From assembly GCA_963695855.1 (NCBI GenBank), contig CAVOHZ010000008.1, positions 320,001 to 384,000 of the forward strand: a DNA stretch of 64,000 nt, read 5' to 3'. The translations under genes were made by a program, and so were the position numbers. The stretch's first letter is position 1. Each line of letters opens with the position of its first letter. Of the stretch, positions 1 through 11,479 are shown one piece after another. Below the pieces are notes generated by a model. The model did not search any database. It saw nothing but the letters and a program-made list of their open reading frames with translations, and had not been told where the DNA came from. This stretch comes from an uncultured Nitrososphaerales archaeon (GTDB lineage: Archaea; Thermoproteota; Nitrososphaeria; Nitrososphaerales; Nitrososphaeraceae).

Positions 1-693
1 CGATGTCTGAGAATTCGTTGGATTTTGTTTTGAATAGAAATAATCATTCGGGTTAACTTGAAATTCCTGTCCATATATTGAGGATTTGAAATCTATCAGA
101 AAAAAATATGAAGCCATCAAACTAAATATAATAATGAGTAAGTTGAGTGTATTCTTCACAATCTTAAGTAGCTCTGTATATTTATTAAGATTGTATAGGA
201 AAATTATGGTCAATTTCTCTAGTACAACAATCGAACAAATACAAAAATATTTAATATTAACCATTCTATTCAAATTATGACTAAATATAATAACTATTTA
301 TATATGGTAATAACTTAATAAATAAATAATACATAATTGATAAATAAATTAACTAAAATTTGATTAAGCAAAATATTTATAGCAATATTCCGAATATTTC
401 GTCTCAACTTTAATAATATTTTTATGTTGTAACGGTTTTATTTGACAAAATAATAAATCGATGACTCATGATGTTTCATATTTGGTGTTAAACAAATTTA
501 TTTCTATGATTATTAATCGCAAAATATTTGTTAAATTAAGAGCCATTAGCTATATCTTCTACTGATTAAGTTAAGAATTCATATGACAATAAAGAAGTAT
601 ATTATTAACATAATTTGTTTTTATATATATGCAGAATATTCAAGGATATTAAATATTTTTAAAAGCTTATACTGCCTTTTATAATTATGAATA

Positions 694-876
694 ATGAGTG
701 ATAAAAGTTATTCAATCAATATAGAGATAGAAAATGTAGATTTTGTAGAAATAGAAGAAGATAAAATTGAAAATTATCGCAATATATTAAAAGAAAATAT
801 ACGAAAAATATTCAATACAAGGATTGTCAATCACGTTGGAGACATAAAGATTGTTTTTAATGAAAATAGCAATTAA
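694..876 (+). CDS. small acidic hypothetical protein (60 aa)
   Basis: ATG ORF with protein-like composition, TTTTATAA just upstream; no recognisable motif. Confidence 0.5.
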   Translation: MSDKSYSINIEIENVDFVEIEEDKIENYRNILKENIRKIFNTRIVNHVGDIKIVFNENSN

Positions 877-1303
877 AATGGTTATAATAAAATTATAAAT
901 GTCTAAGAATTAAATAAATTTTATAGTAAAATTTTTTATTATTTATAAATGCGTTTAAATGAGGCTCCCAAAAATAAAAATTATTTGATTAAAAATTGTT
1001 TATAATGCAAAAAATATAATTATCTTTTAGAGATAAAAATAAAAGTTAGTTAATCATCCAGAAACTTTTGACACATTTAAATTAGTTAAAAAAATTAAAA
1101 TTAATCAATGAATAAGACACCACATCTCATCTATTTTATTGATTCAATCGTTAGGAATATCTCGATCTAAAAGACAAATAATTGAATACATTGGAATGTT
1201 GTTAATGAATAAACTCAAAATTGGAAGAATTCACATAAATAATAATAATGTTCATATAATTAAATAGATTATCTAAATACGAATAGCTAATATCGACAAG
1301 AAA

Positions 1304-1426
1304 ATGATGAAGTGTTTGAATTGTTATCTTGAATTTTCTCCAACCTTATTAAAACCGATATGTCCGTATTGTGGTTTTTGTTATTATTGTAGGGAATTTA
1401 CATGTTTTCATAATGTTCAAAGATAA
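1304..1426 (+). CDS. 40-aa CPxCG-type zinc-finger microprotein (not in ORF track)
   Basis: Manual translation MMKCLNCYLEFSPTLLKPICPYCGFCYYCREFTCFHNVQR*; CxxC, CPYCG, CxxC. Confidence 0.55.
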   Translation: MMKCLNCYLEFSPTLLKPICPYCGFCYYCREFTCFHNVQR

Positions 1427-2042
1427 TTTCATAACAATAAAGTTTAATGATGTCTTCTTACTTAAAGATACTTGAATCTAATTTTAGAATCAATAATACA
1501 ATGGAAACCACTGGCTACATATTGTATAAGGAGACAGTAAATTATATTAACATTTTCAATAAACACAAAAATTACATATTATTTTCACGATGATAATGAA
1601 TTTGCTAAATATTCAGAAATTGTCAATATGAAAAATATGAAAACTAAAACTAACTCTATCATTATAAGAAATGAACAATGGGTTTTCGATTGTATAGAAT
1701 AGAATTATCATTCCAATGGAGTATATGATAGTAAATAAGATACATTTACCATCACTGGCAAATTTAAAGGTAATTCCTAAGGGTAAGGTGTAAATTATAA
1801 TAGATGATGACGAATTTAATTTATAAGATTTAAATCTCTGAGTACAATACACAAAAATATATCATTCAATATTTCTCGTTTCTTCTTTTAAACTAATTTT
1901 CAAAACGTTTTGTACTTCTTTCTATATACTAAATAGTGCAGATATTTCATCTACAATCCTAAATATTTTCTTAACAAAAAATGAGCTGGACTACGAATGA
2001 TCGATGATGAAAAAATAAATACAATATTCTATCGGTAAAAAT

Positions 2043-2767
2043 GGCTGTTAACATAGGACTATTTTACCTCCAATTTTGAATAGAATTTTGTTTCTGATTT
2101 TTGAATTATATAGATAAACGAATAATCTTATCCAATTGTATACATGTTGTAGATGACAATTTTGTATAATATTATTACAAGGATAGTACTCATCAAAACA
2201 TTCCGTCCTATCCTTGAAATACTGCATCCCTCTTTCAATCAGACTTTTCTCAAATGGTGAATGCGGTATGTGTTTTAGATTTAAAAAGTTGCATGCTTGT
2301 GGATACCACGTACCACCATCATCTGTGTATACTGTATGTTTTCCATACCTTGATACAAGGGATCTGATAAAATTTTCTGCTACAAGCATGTTTCTCTCTT
2401 CTGAAATTAGATTCCAAGTACAGATTCATGAACAGGTTCAATACAAATCCAGAACCAAAAGTGTTGATTACCAATCTGAATCATTGTCTCATCGATTATG
2501 AATGCGGAAACTCTTCTATGCTTGTTATAGATCTACAATGAACCAAATAGTTGAATCCATTTCCAAACAGTAACATTACTTCTTTTTTCATTTCGAAATA
2601 TGACTAACGCTTTGGATGTATTTCATAGACTGAGACCAAGAAAGTACAAATAAAGAGAATACATTACAATAAAAGTACATGTTCTATTTCTGACAAATCT
2701 TAACAACATCTATATTGTTAGAATAGAACGTTCACAGCTATAGCTCTTTCCTTAAGTTAACAGCACC
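2043..2767 (-). mobile_element. IS6-family element with degraded transposase
   Basis: ORF 2048-2389 has YTD.GGTWYPQAC...IER..QYFKDRTECFD; ends GGCTGTTAAC / GTTAACAGCACC; 8-bp flanking duplication GTAAAAAT (2035-2042, 2768-2775); N-terminal half broken. Confidence 0.88.
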
Positions 2768-2811
2768 GTAAAAATAGATAAATTATCTAGTAATTTTGTT
2801 AATAACTATTT

Positions 2812-3450
2812 TTATAGACCTGGTTGAAATTGAATAATTTCTGAGTCAACAACAGGATTTTTATCTTCCGTGTCATCCTCACCTTTATCTTGTTTATCTG
2901 TGGCATCTTGCTCCTCGTCGCTGTTTTCTTCATCTCCATCTCCATCTTTTTCTTCTGACCCATTTTTGCTCATGACGTTTTGAACTTCTATTTTGGTTGC
3001 CTTATCGGAAACTAGATTAATGTCAACTATCTCAGGTCTTTGTGCAGGAGAGTTTTCTCCGTTTTTGCATATGACAGTTATATCTTTTATAGTCAATATA
3101 CAAGTTGTAAAGGTATCTCCTGCATTAACCTCAGTTCCATTAAAATTGAATGAGACTTCGGAGGTATCTCCATATAATAGTTCATCATAGGGATGAAATA
3201 TTTTAAAGTGTGTAATATTTTCAGAGCTACTAAAGGTTATTACATCACCAGTATTCTTATTCACACCAAATAAAGTAAGAATTACATCGAAGGAATTTTC
3301 TCCGGTCTGTGCATCTACATTGATATTATCATTTGTTGTGGTCGTGATAACAGTAGTTAGAGCAAATACAGCAAAGGAAAGTAATATTGTCATTATAAAT
3401 TTTCTTAAAATTCGTTGCTCCCTCATTTGAGTTAAGTATCCTACTATCAA
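2812..3450 (-). CDS. secreted hypothetical protein with acidic C-terminal tail
   Basis: Signal-peptide-like hydrophobic segment ending VDAQ, beta-rich domain with two Cys, D/E-rich tail; start uncertain. Confidence 0.75.
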   Translation of the reverse strand: MIVGYLTQMREQRILRKFIMTILLSFAVFALTTVITTTTNDNINVDAQTGENSFDVILTLFGVNKNTGDVITFSSSENITHFKIFHPYDELLYGDTSEVSFNFNGTEVNAGDTFTTCILTIKDITVICKNGENSPAQRPEIVDINLVSDKATKIEVQNVMSKNGSEEKDGDGDEENSDEEQDATDKQDKGEDDTEDKNPVVDSEIIQFQPGL

Positions 3451-3724
3451 TTATAAATATTGTGTTAGGTGATTCTGTCAAGTTAGAGACCATAGAATTT
3501 CTGAAAAGGACTCGGAGACTTGAGAGAAGATGAACAGAAATTACCAACCTCAATCGATTTAAATGTCAAGCAATTTTCAATAAATATGATATCTTTTAAG
3601 TATTTCTTAAATCACCATCTTACAAATCAAATGAATGAAAAATGATTTAATGTTACAATATTTTACATTATCCACAAATAATTGACCATGTCTTCCAACA
3701 GGTTCAAATCCATAGGATTATCAT

Positions 3725-3775
3725 GGGACCAAAATTTAGGTTATATTTGTTTCACAAACCACTGGCGCCATAACA
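3725..3775 (+). repeat. dispersed tRNA-3'-end-like repeat, copy A
   Basis: GGGACCAAAATTTAGGTTATATTTGTTTCACAAACCACTGGCGCCA; aligns with copies at 12.1, 12.65, 62.8 and 63.85 kb. Confidence 0.6.
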
Positions 3776-3869
3776 GCCTAAATCTTCATATTTCCTCAAT
3801 TTTTTAAAAGATTTTTTGCTTAGATAAATGAAATAAAATTAAAATAATATAGAATTATATTTTTAGGAT

Positions 3870-5402
3870 TTATTTTATAGTAGGCTTTTCTTTGATTATG
3901 GCAGGTATTATGGCAATAAATACCAATATAGAAGATACAAAAAATATTATATGAAGTGAAGACATAAACTTATTTTCAATTGTTTTATTATTATTCGATA
4001 TCGTAAAGTTTAGAGTTTGGTTAGAAGTATTAACAGTATCTGTGGCTATTGTTGTATCAGTATTTCTAAAATCTATTATAATATCTTTTACATATTCTGA
4101 TGGCAAGATACTCGTCATTATTAAAAATGAGATTCCTACACTCAACGATCTGCCTACATAAAATAAAGTAGTACCTGTACTTCCTGACACCCCTCTCCTA
4201 CTTGGAGGCACACTATTCATTATTGATGCTCTATTGGGTGATGTAAATATACCCATTCCTGCTCCAAGTAAAATAAAAGGTAATAGTAATTCGAGAAAAT
4301 TAGTTTTAATTTGCAACTGAGTAAGGGATAGAAACCCGATGCCACTTATGAATAAGCCAAGTGCTGAAAAAAATCGAGAACCATATCTATCAGATAACCA
4401 TCCACTTAAAGGTCCGAATATTGCTAAAGCAGCAGAGACCGGAATCAGATAGATTCCAGTTTCAACAGGAGTCAAATTCAGAAATGCTCCTTGCAGATAA
4501 ATTGATATCAGAAAGATGAAATTACCTCTTGCTATTGAATTGAGAAGAATGGCAATATTACCTCCTAAGAATGATTTAATTTTAAATAGTGAAAAGTGAA
4601 ACATAGGATATTGCTTGGAAATAAATTTCTCTATAAAGGTAAATATTATGATAAGAGCTATTCCACCAAAAATGAGTAAAAATATTATAAAAATGTTAGA
4701 TATGATACCAAATGAGCTTAATGTCATTCCTGCTAATATAAAAAATAATCCTCCTGCAAAAGAGATATTTCCAAGCCAATCAATTTTCTCTTTTCTTATT
4801 GAACCTAGTTCTTTTAGATATTTGTAGGACAATACTACTCCAATTATTCCTATTGGAATATTGATCCAAAAGATAGATCTCCAACCTAGGTATGAAGTTA
4901 AAAAGCCACCTAAAACCAAACCCAGTATTGAACCTAACACAATTGCAATTTGATTTATACCTAATGCTTTTCCCCTTTCATTTGATGGAAATGAATCAGT
5001 AAGTATTGCTACACTATTTGAAAAAAGAAAAGCAGCACCTACCGCTTGAACAATTCTAAAAACTACTAATTCTTCTCCTGACTGAGATATACTACATAAT
5101 CCTGAGCCAAATGTGAATATGATAAATCCTAAGGTGTAAAGCTTTACTCTGCCAAAAATATCTGCGAGACGACCAAAATTCAAGAGAATAGATGCTGTAA
5201 CAACAGAATATCCAATAATTATCCATACCATAGTAAATAGAGAAGTACCAAGTTCTGACGCAATAGTAGGTAATGCTATAAAGATAATATTCGCATCAAG
5301 CGATGCAATAAGTGTGCCAAGCGTGGTATTCCCTAACGCTATCCATTTGTAGGAAAGCCATAAACGACTTCTTTTATTATCGGAGGGGGTAGCGTTAACC
5401 AA
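3870..5402 (-). CDS. MFS transporter, DHA2/EmrB-QacA type
   Basis: About 14 TM segments, motif A GRLADIFGR and GWLSDRYGSR. Confidence 0.93.
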   Translation of the reverse strand: MVNATPSDNKRSRLWLSYKWIALGNTTLGTLIASLDANIIFIALPTIASELGTSLFTMVWIIIGYSVVTASILLNFGRLADIFGRVKLYTLGFIIFTFGSGLCSISQSGEELVVFRIVQAVGAAFLFSNSVAILTDSFPSNERGKALGINQIAIVLGSILGLVLGGFLTSYLGWRSIFWINIPIGIIGVVLSYKYLKELGSIRKEKIDWLGNISFAGGLFFILAGMTLSSFGIISNIFIIFLLIFGGIALIIIFTFIEKFISKQYPMFHFSLFKIKSFLGGNIAILLNSIARGNFIFLISIYLQGAFLNLTPVETGIYLIPVSAALAIFGPLSGWLSDRYGSRFFSALGLFISGIGFLSLTQLQIKTNFLELLLPFILLGAGMGIFTSPNRASIMNSVPPSRRGVSGSTGTTLFYVGRSLSVGISFLIMTSILPSEYVKDIIIDFRNTDTTIATDTVNTSNQTLNFTISNNNKTIENKFMSSLHIIFFVSSILVFIAIIPAIIKEKPTIK

Positions 5403-5559
5403 TCAACAAATTTTCAAGTAATTCATTATTTGTATATCTATGTTTGGGATATTAAAATATTATATTTAACAAATAGTTTGTTAAATTTCAATATTATAAA
5501 CTTAAATCGTATTATTGAAGGTTAGCGGATCAATAAATTCCATAGTATAGATTGTGAAC

Positions 5560-6099
5560 CTAGTTACCTGGAGGTTGTTCTTGATCTGTTTGTTTAGTCA
5601 TAATCTGAGATCTAATCGAAGCCAAGGATTGATCAATTTGATATACTGCTAGTTTGTCTCTTCCAATTATCTCGAACTTTTGAAGAATTGCTTGAAATAA
5701 AGTCTCTTCTTCTACTTGTTCACTTACAAACCATTGCAAGAACGAGTATGTAGCACGGTCTTTTTCTTTTTCAGCAATTTCTACTAAATTGTTAATGAGC
5801 TTTGTAACAGTTTGTTCACTATTTAGACCAGCTTGGAAAGTAGATTCTAGTGAATCGAATTTACTTTGAGGCTTTTCTATCGCTGGAATTATCGCTTCGG
5901 CTCCAGTATTATTAAGATAGTGAAGGAACTTTAGCATGTGTGTATTTTCTTCATTAGCTTGTTCGAAAAAGAATGCTGCACTTCCCTCATATCCAGTTCT
6001 TTCACACCAAGATCCAATAGCAACATATGCATTGGTAGCTGATGCTTCAAAAGAAATTTGATCATTAATTGCTTTTTCCATTTGTGATGAAATTCTCAT
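5560..6099 (-). CDS. ftnA: non-heme ferritin
   Basis: INDQISFE..., EENTHMLKF, FLQWFVSEQVEEE ferroxidase motifs. Confidence 0.93.
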   Translation of the reverse strand: MRISSQMEKAINDQISFEASATNAYVAIGSWCERTGYEGSAAFFFEQANEENTHMLKFLHYLNNTGAEAIIPAIEKPQSKFDSLESTFQAGLNSEQTVTKLINNLVEIAEKEKDRATYSFLQWFVSEQVEEETLFQAILQKFEIIGRDKLAVYQIDQSLASIRSQIMTKQTDQEQPPGN

Positions 6100-6725
6100 T
6101 GTAACAATGTTAGTATTTCTCGGATATCTATATATTTTGGAATCGAGTTTTTTAGAAATACTAGTACGGCATTATTCATCTTTAAAGACGAGAAAAGAAG
6201 TTACGTCTGTGCGGAAGTAAATACAAAAATTTGGATAGTATAATTTGTACGGGCATAAACTTGTTTCTGTCATAATAGATGAGACTATCATACAGATTGG
6301 AAGCAAACATTACTGGTTACAGGTTTGTATTGAGCCAATACACAAAACAGGCTTGGAACTCTATCTAAGTACGGAAATATGTTAGTACTTTTATGTTTTG
6401 ATATTTGGTTGAAAAATATGGTAAGCGTACAATATGTTCAACTGATGGTATTTTGTAGTCGGAGGAGGCCTGCAAGACAATGAGATTGAACCATCACTGT
6501 ATTGCCGACTGGAAAAGAAGATGATTGAAATGTTATGCAGTATTTCAAAGATAGAATGGAAGGATTCGATGATTATTAAACATGTATCGAAAAAGAAAAT
6601 GAATGCAACTTCTTTAATGTAAATAAGTGGTTACAATTCTTTGTCTCTCTATAACGATACGTTATACAATAATAATTATTTTATAATTGAGTTGTAAGAC
6701 AGAGGTGTTAATCTATCTTAAATTA

Positions 6726-7749
6726 TGCTCTGTTGCGTAACTCGTCTAGATAATCATCTATTTTTTGTTACTAAGGTAAATTATGTAACCCTTATACTTT
6801 GAAACCAGTTATACAAAGACGCTTTCAGTATTATCTCCTTTATCATGTTCTCAAATCTTATAGCAGTAACATATTCGCCAAACATTCTCTTAATACAGGA
6901 AAAGACAGTTTCTACAATCCATCTTTGTCCATAGTCTACACTATCCTTCCATTGTTGTAGATTGGTTTTCTGTGATTGTACGTTCTTGTTTCTCAAATAA
7001 TGGTTTGTCTTTCTATACTTGGCATTCTTTCTTACTTTAATTGCTGGTTGAATTCCTTTAAATGATAAAAATTGAAAATTCTTGTTACTGTCATAGGCAC
7101 CATCCATAATGGCAGTTTCAACTACTTTGTTCTGTTTTATAGTTATATCACCCACTAATTTAGGTAATACTTTTCCATCATGCACTTCTTCACTGGTTAC
7201 ATGTAATGATAGAATTCTCTTCTTTTTTATGTCAACTGCTATATGTATTTTGAGATAACCTCTTTTTACTTTCCATTTGTGCCTAATCCATTCTCCTCTG
7301 TTTGTAACTTTAACACCAGTAGAATCAATTACAATTACAAAATTATCATCATGTTGTAAAGTGGATTTATCCTGATCATCATCATCATCATCTATTTTGA
7401 TATCCAATCTGTTTATTCTTCTGCAAATCCCGCTATAATCTGGAATTGATGGTAACGTATTTGCAGCATGAGCTCGTACAATACCCTCAGTTTGTCTGTA
7501 TGGTAAATGAAAATATGCTCTCACATATCCAAGTAGTTTGATGAATGACTCTGGATATACAAATTTTCTACCTTCTTTGTATTCATTCATCTTCTCTAGT
7601 TCATAATCCCAGTTATCTATAACATCAAAATCAAGTAATACCTCACCACGTTTAACAAGAGATTCATTGTACCTCTTCCAGTTCACATGTATTATGACTA
7701 GAATAGGCTAGCTAAATGTGTTAGGAATAGCGAGTTACGCAACAAAGCA
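6726..7749 (-). mobile_element. IS5-family (IS903-like) element, intact
   Basis: 19-bp IRs TGCTCTGTTGCGTAACTCG / CGAGTTACGCAACAAAGCA; 8-bp TSD TTAAATTA. Confidence 0.95.
6781..7686 (-). CDS. IS5-family DDE transposase
   Basis: NWKRYNESLVKRG, IDSTG, MDGAYD, YGQRWIVETVFS. Confidence 0.95.
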   Translation of the reverse strand: MNWKRYNESLVKRGEVLLDFDVIDNWDYELEKMNEYKEGRKFVYPESFIKLLGYVRAYFHLPYRQTEGIVRAHAANTLPSIPDYSGICRRINRLDIKIDDDDDDQDKSTLQHDDNFVIVIDSTGVKVTNRGEWIRHKWKVKRGYLKIHIAVDIKKKRILSLHVTSEEVHDGKVLPKLVGDITIKQNKVVETAIMDGAYDSNKNFQFLSFKGIQPAIKVRKNAKYRKTNHYLRNKNVQSQKTNLQQWKDSVDYGQRWIVETVFSCIKRMFGEYVTAIRFENMIKEIILKASLYNWFQSIRVT

Positions 7750-7834
7750 TTAAATTAACACAGTCCTTTAATTATTATTTCTTCTATTATCTTGAAATTA
7801 CAACTGGCTATTGCTCAACCCAAAATGACTAATT

Positions 7835-8106
7835 TTATTTTATAAAGATCTTGTCTTCATAACACCGTTTCCAATTTTCGCGAGGTTCATATGATTTTAT
7901 AATGGGATGAGTCGTTTCTTGAAAGTGTTTTGTACCATGTTTATTGACTGAAGAATCACATCAACCAACATCTACACATGAAAGACAAAGACGCAAATGG
8001 ATCTAGCCTGAGCCAATTTTTTCACATCCTTCACAGCCCCCGTGGTATTTCCCTTTATATTATCATTAACTTGATTAACGTGTAAACATCTATTAATTAT
8101 CCACAT
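7835..8106 (-). pseudogene. UBP-type zinc-finger protein pseudogene (not in ORF track)
   Basis: Manual translation CLHVNQV...[frameshift in G run]GCEGCEKIGSG*IHLRLCLSCVDVG*CDSSVNKHGTKHFQETTHPIIKSYEPRENWKRCYED. Confidence 0.8.
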
Positions 8107-8263
8107 TTATTATACGTATTTGATTTATTTAAATAATGGCAGTATACCATGTATCTATTTTTTCACTAGTTTCAAATAATTATCTCGTTCAAGTAAGATT
8201 TTAAATACCTACTTAGTATTAAATTACTACTTAACTTAAATATTTTGAACTGTATATTATAGT

Positions 8264-9217
8264 ATGTCAAAAATCAACAATCAAAATATAATAAAAGATA
8301 TGAAACATCGAGCAGTTACATCATATCCTGATTATTCTGTCAATAACAAATCCATTCGTTCAGTATTACGAATAATAAAGAGTGAAACAACTCAAGATGG
8401 CGAAGGTGTAATATTAAAAAGATCCTTTCCAAATAGCTTCATTTCAGAGTTTGATCCATTTCTGCTATTAGATGAGATAGGCCCTACTGATATAAAACCA
8501 GGAAAGCAAAAAGGATTTCCTAATCATCCACATAGAGGATTTGAAACTGTTACTTACTTGCTAGACGGAAAATTTGAACATAAAGATTCACAAGGTCATG
8601 TTGGAACTATTAGTGCTGGCGATGTACAATGGATGACTGCTGGTTCTGGAGTTATTCATTCAGAGATGCCTGAAAAAGAATTTAGTAAAAATGGGGGAAG
8701 ATTACATGGTTTTCAATTATGGGTAAACCTTCCTAAACGTAATAAAATGATGAAACCAAGGTACCAAGAAATGTCTCAATCAAAAATTCCAACGGGAACT
8801 AGAGAAAATGGTAATGTTACTGTTAAAGTTATAGCAGGTGAATCCTTAGGTGCAAAAGCAGTAATTGATACAATAACACCAATTATGTATTTGCATTTTA
8901 AATTAGAACCTGGTTGCAGAATAATACAGTCAGTTCCAGAAAAATACAATATCTTTGCTTATGTAATTAAAGGAAAAGGAGCGTTTGAACAGAATAATAA
9001 TAAAATAGTTGAAAAAGGTAACTTGATAATATTTGAAAAGGACGGTAAAGCAGTATATATCAAAGCTATTGATGATTCACAAACGCCACTTGAATTATTG
9101 CTAATTGGAGGAATTCCTTTGAGAGAACCAATAGCAAGGTATGGGCCGTTTGTGATGAATACTCAACAAGAAATCTATCAAGCCATAGAAGATTATAGAA
9201 GTGGAAAATTAGGATAA
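8264..9217 (+). CDS. pirin family protein
   Basis: DPFLLLD, HPHRGFETVTY, QWMTAGSGVIHSE, QLWVNLP, GPFVMNT. Confidence 0.96.
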   Translation: MSKINNQNIIKDMKHRAVTSYPDYSVNNKSIRSVLRIIKSETTQDGEGVILKRSFPNSFISEFDPFLLLDEIGPTDIKPGKQKGFPNHPHRGFETVTYLLDGKFEHKDSQGHVGTISAGDVQWMTAGSGVIHSEMPEKEFSKNGGRLHGFQLWVNLPKRNKMMKPRYQEMSQSKIPTGTRENGNVTVKVIAGESLGAKAVIDTITPIMYLHFKLEPGCRIIQSVPEKYNIFAYVIKGKGAFEQNNNKIVEKGNLIIFEKDGKAVYIKAIDDSQTPLELLLIGGIPLREPIARYGPFVMNTQQEIYQAIEDYRSGKLG

Positions 9218-9378
9218 ATATCTTCTCAATTTCTTTCGGAATGCAAACAACAAAAAAAATTTGATATTAACTTTTTACCATAATCTTTATTTCACAAAAT
9301 TAATAATAGCATTTTCCTTTGAGGATTTATTGCACACGAAAGACTATTTATTTTTCGACTAGCTTTAAAAATAAAAAG

Positions 9379-9993
9379 ATGACAAAGAACGATAATAATG
9401 ATGATAACAATCCGTATAAGCATTCAAACCCAGTTACCGTGATTGTTAAACGCATTGCTAAAAAAGATAAAATTAGAGAATTTGAACAATGGCTTTCAGG
9501 AATTTCTAAGGAAGTCTCTAGACAAGAGGGTAGTATGGGTATTGATATAATTAGACCAACTAATAATAATAAAGCTAAACTTGAATATGTTGTCATATTT
9601 AGGTTTAATAATTATGATAATCTTACAAAATGGGAGAAATCACCAGTGAGAAATGAATGGATACAAAAGGGCAGGAAACTAGTAGAAGCCGATCCTGATG
9701 TACAAAAATTGACAGGGTTCGAATTCTGGTTTACTCCGAATTTTAAAGATGAATCTTCACCTATGATTCCTCTAAACCCTCCACCACGTTACAAAATGGT
9801 AATTGTTACTATTCCTGTAATATCAATTCTGCTATTGACTTTGGTTCCTCAAATATATATTTTAACAGAATTGTTATCAATACCATTTCCAATAAGACTC
9901 GTTATTGCTATTACGATAACAGTTCTGCTAATGACTTATGTGATAATGCCTCTTTTAACAAAATTATTAAAATCTTGGTTATTCAAAGGTTAA
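9379..9993 (+). CDS. ABM (antibiotic biosynthesis monooxygenase)-fold protein with two C-terminal TM helices
   Basis: YVVIFRF..W..S..R..W, LTGFEFWF, PPRYKM, LMTYVIMPLLTKLL..WLF; ATG at 9379 preferred. Confidence 0.85.
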   Translation: MTKNDNNDDNNPYKHSNPVTVIVKRIAKKDKIREFEQWLSGISKEVSRQEGSMGIDIIRPTNNNKAKLEYVVIFRFNNYDNLTKWEKSPVRNEWIQKGRKLVEADPDVQKLTGFEFWFTPNFKDESSPMIPLNPPPRYKMVIVTIPVISILLLTLVPQIYILTELLSIPFPIRLVIAITITVLLMTYVIMPLLTKLLKSWLFKG

Positions 9994-10098
9994 AATTAAA
10001 AATGTGTTACTTTCTTGAATATAGTCATAGATAATAATTTATTGATTATAATATCTTAAATCTTTATTACTTGGTAGTATAATATAACCTACTATAAT

Positions 10099-10464
10099 AT
10101 GGTGAAAGTGTCTGATAGTGTATCTTTAAATTCTAAACATGAAACTAAAATTTTGGAAGAAAAATGTGAAATACTAGATATTTGGGATGTATTAAGCAGA
10201 AGATGGTCATTACTAATATTAAAGAACGTAAGTACCAAAAATGTTATTCGATTCAATGAGTTAAAAAGAAGTTTGAAAGATATTAGCAATACTGTTTTAT
10301 CTGATAGATTATCAGAACTTGAACGAGAGGGCCTAATTACTAAAAAAATTTATCCAGAAATACCGCTTAAAGTTGAATATAGATTAACAACAAAAGCAAA
10401 AGACCTTGAAGCAATTTTGCAAAGTCTTAGTAGATGGTGTGAGAAATGGGAATCAAAAAAATAA
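10099..10464 (+). CDS. HxlR-family winged-helix transcriptional regulator
   Basis: RWSLLIL, RFNELKRSL.DIS.TVLSDRLSELE, YPEIPLKVEYRLT. Confidence 0.93.
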   Translation: MVKVSDSVSLNSKHETKILEEKCEILDIWDVLSRRWSLLILKNVSTKNVIRFNELKRSLKDISNTVLSDRLSELEREGLITKKIYPEIPLKVEYRLTTKAKDLEAILQSLSRWCEKWESKK

Positions 10465-11479
10465 ATCTGCAATTAATGGAAACTAGTTGGGAAAAAAATG
10501 ATGAGCCAATTCAACGTTGTAAATTCTAGAAAAAAGGTAGAAATTGAGTGATATTTTACCCATTGTGAATATGTTATTTGCTATAAACTCAAGACTCCGA
10601 TATTTATTTTTTCGTTAATAATATTTGTGAATATGGAAGTCATTCTATATAATGATGTTAATAAAATTTAGTATGAATATTTAATTTAAAAGTTAACTGG
10701 TACAATTTTATCGAAGAGTTCCAATCTCACACATTTAGCTGAAAAGTAGTGCTGAACCCGTTTAAGATGATCTGGTCCCACTTGCAACATTCTTCTCTCT
10801 ATCTATCTATCATGAGATTTATTCTTAGTAGCATATTATAGAGAAACATTGTAAATATGGAATAAGATATTGGATCTAGTTTAAAATTAAGCAGCTTGGT
10901 GTTTTTTGGTCAATAAATAAAGATCTTGATGGATATTAAATTGAATATATTAATAACTTTCTATCTATCTATCTATCTTCTATTGCTAGTTTCTTTATCT
11001 CTTCATCTAGTTCTACTATTTTTCTATCCAGGAAAACTATGGTACCAAGACAATCATATAATGCAGGTATCCGTAGTGAACGTAAATGGCATTTTCCTTA
11101 TTTAGAGAATTGATCATTTTTAATCAAGGTGTGTTATTAGTCACATTAGCATCTAACAATCATCACTAAAGATAAAGGTATAACGAACCACAGATTATTT
11201 TCGATCATATTTGCAAAAAATATACATTATATCGAATAAATTCAAATTTGATCAACAATAAATAGAAAATATCAAAGCAATAACAAATTTGAAAACCGCT
11301 GGTAGATTGTTATGTTCTTTATTTCTACTCATTTTGACAATCTTTTCTATCGATAAAAGTTAGTGTATACAATAACAATTAATTAATAATGAAAGTATCT
11401 ATTTTAATTAATTATCACAACTTCTTAATACAACATTCTGTATTAATAAAGTAGTGCAAATAATAAGTGAATTTTTATT

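Larger units (their letters stand above)
6160..7766 (+). pseudogene. degenerate IS6-family transposase remnant (about 6160-6725); its terminal IR is split by the IS5 insertion
   Basis: Fragments IIDETIIQIGSKHYWL..CIEPIHK and MQYFKDRMEGFDDY; IR completed at 7750-7766 (TTAAATTAACACAGTCC). Confidence 0.75.

Noticed and set aside
10700-10790. Short matches (GTTCCAATCTCA.ACATT also at about 16375; TGGTCCCACTT) to flanks of the tRNA-like repeat
   Set aside because: Too short and lacking the core motif to count as copies without a profile search
10958-10980. (CTAT)n microsatellite and similar short runs (about 20500, 42551-42577)
   Set aside because: Low-complexity and not linked to any evident gene or promoter
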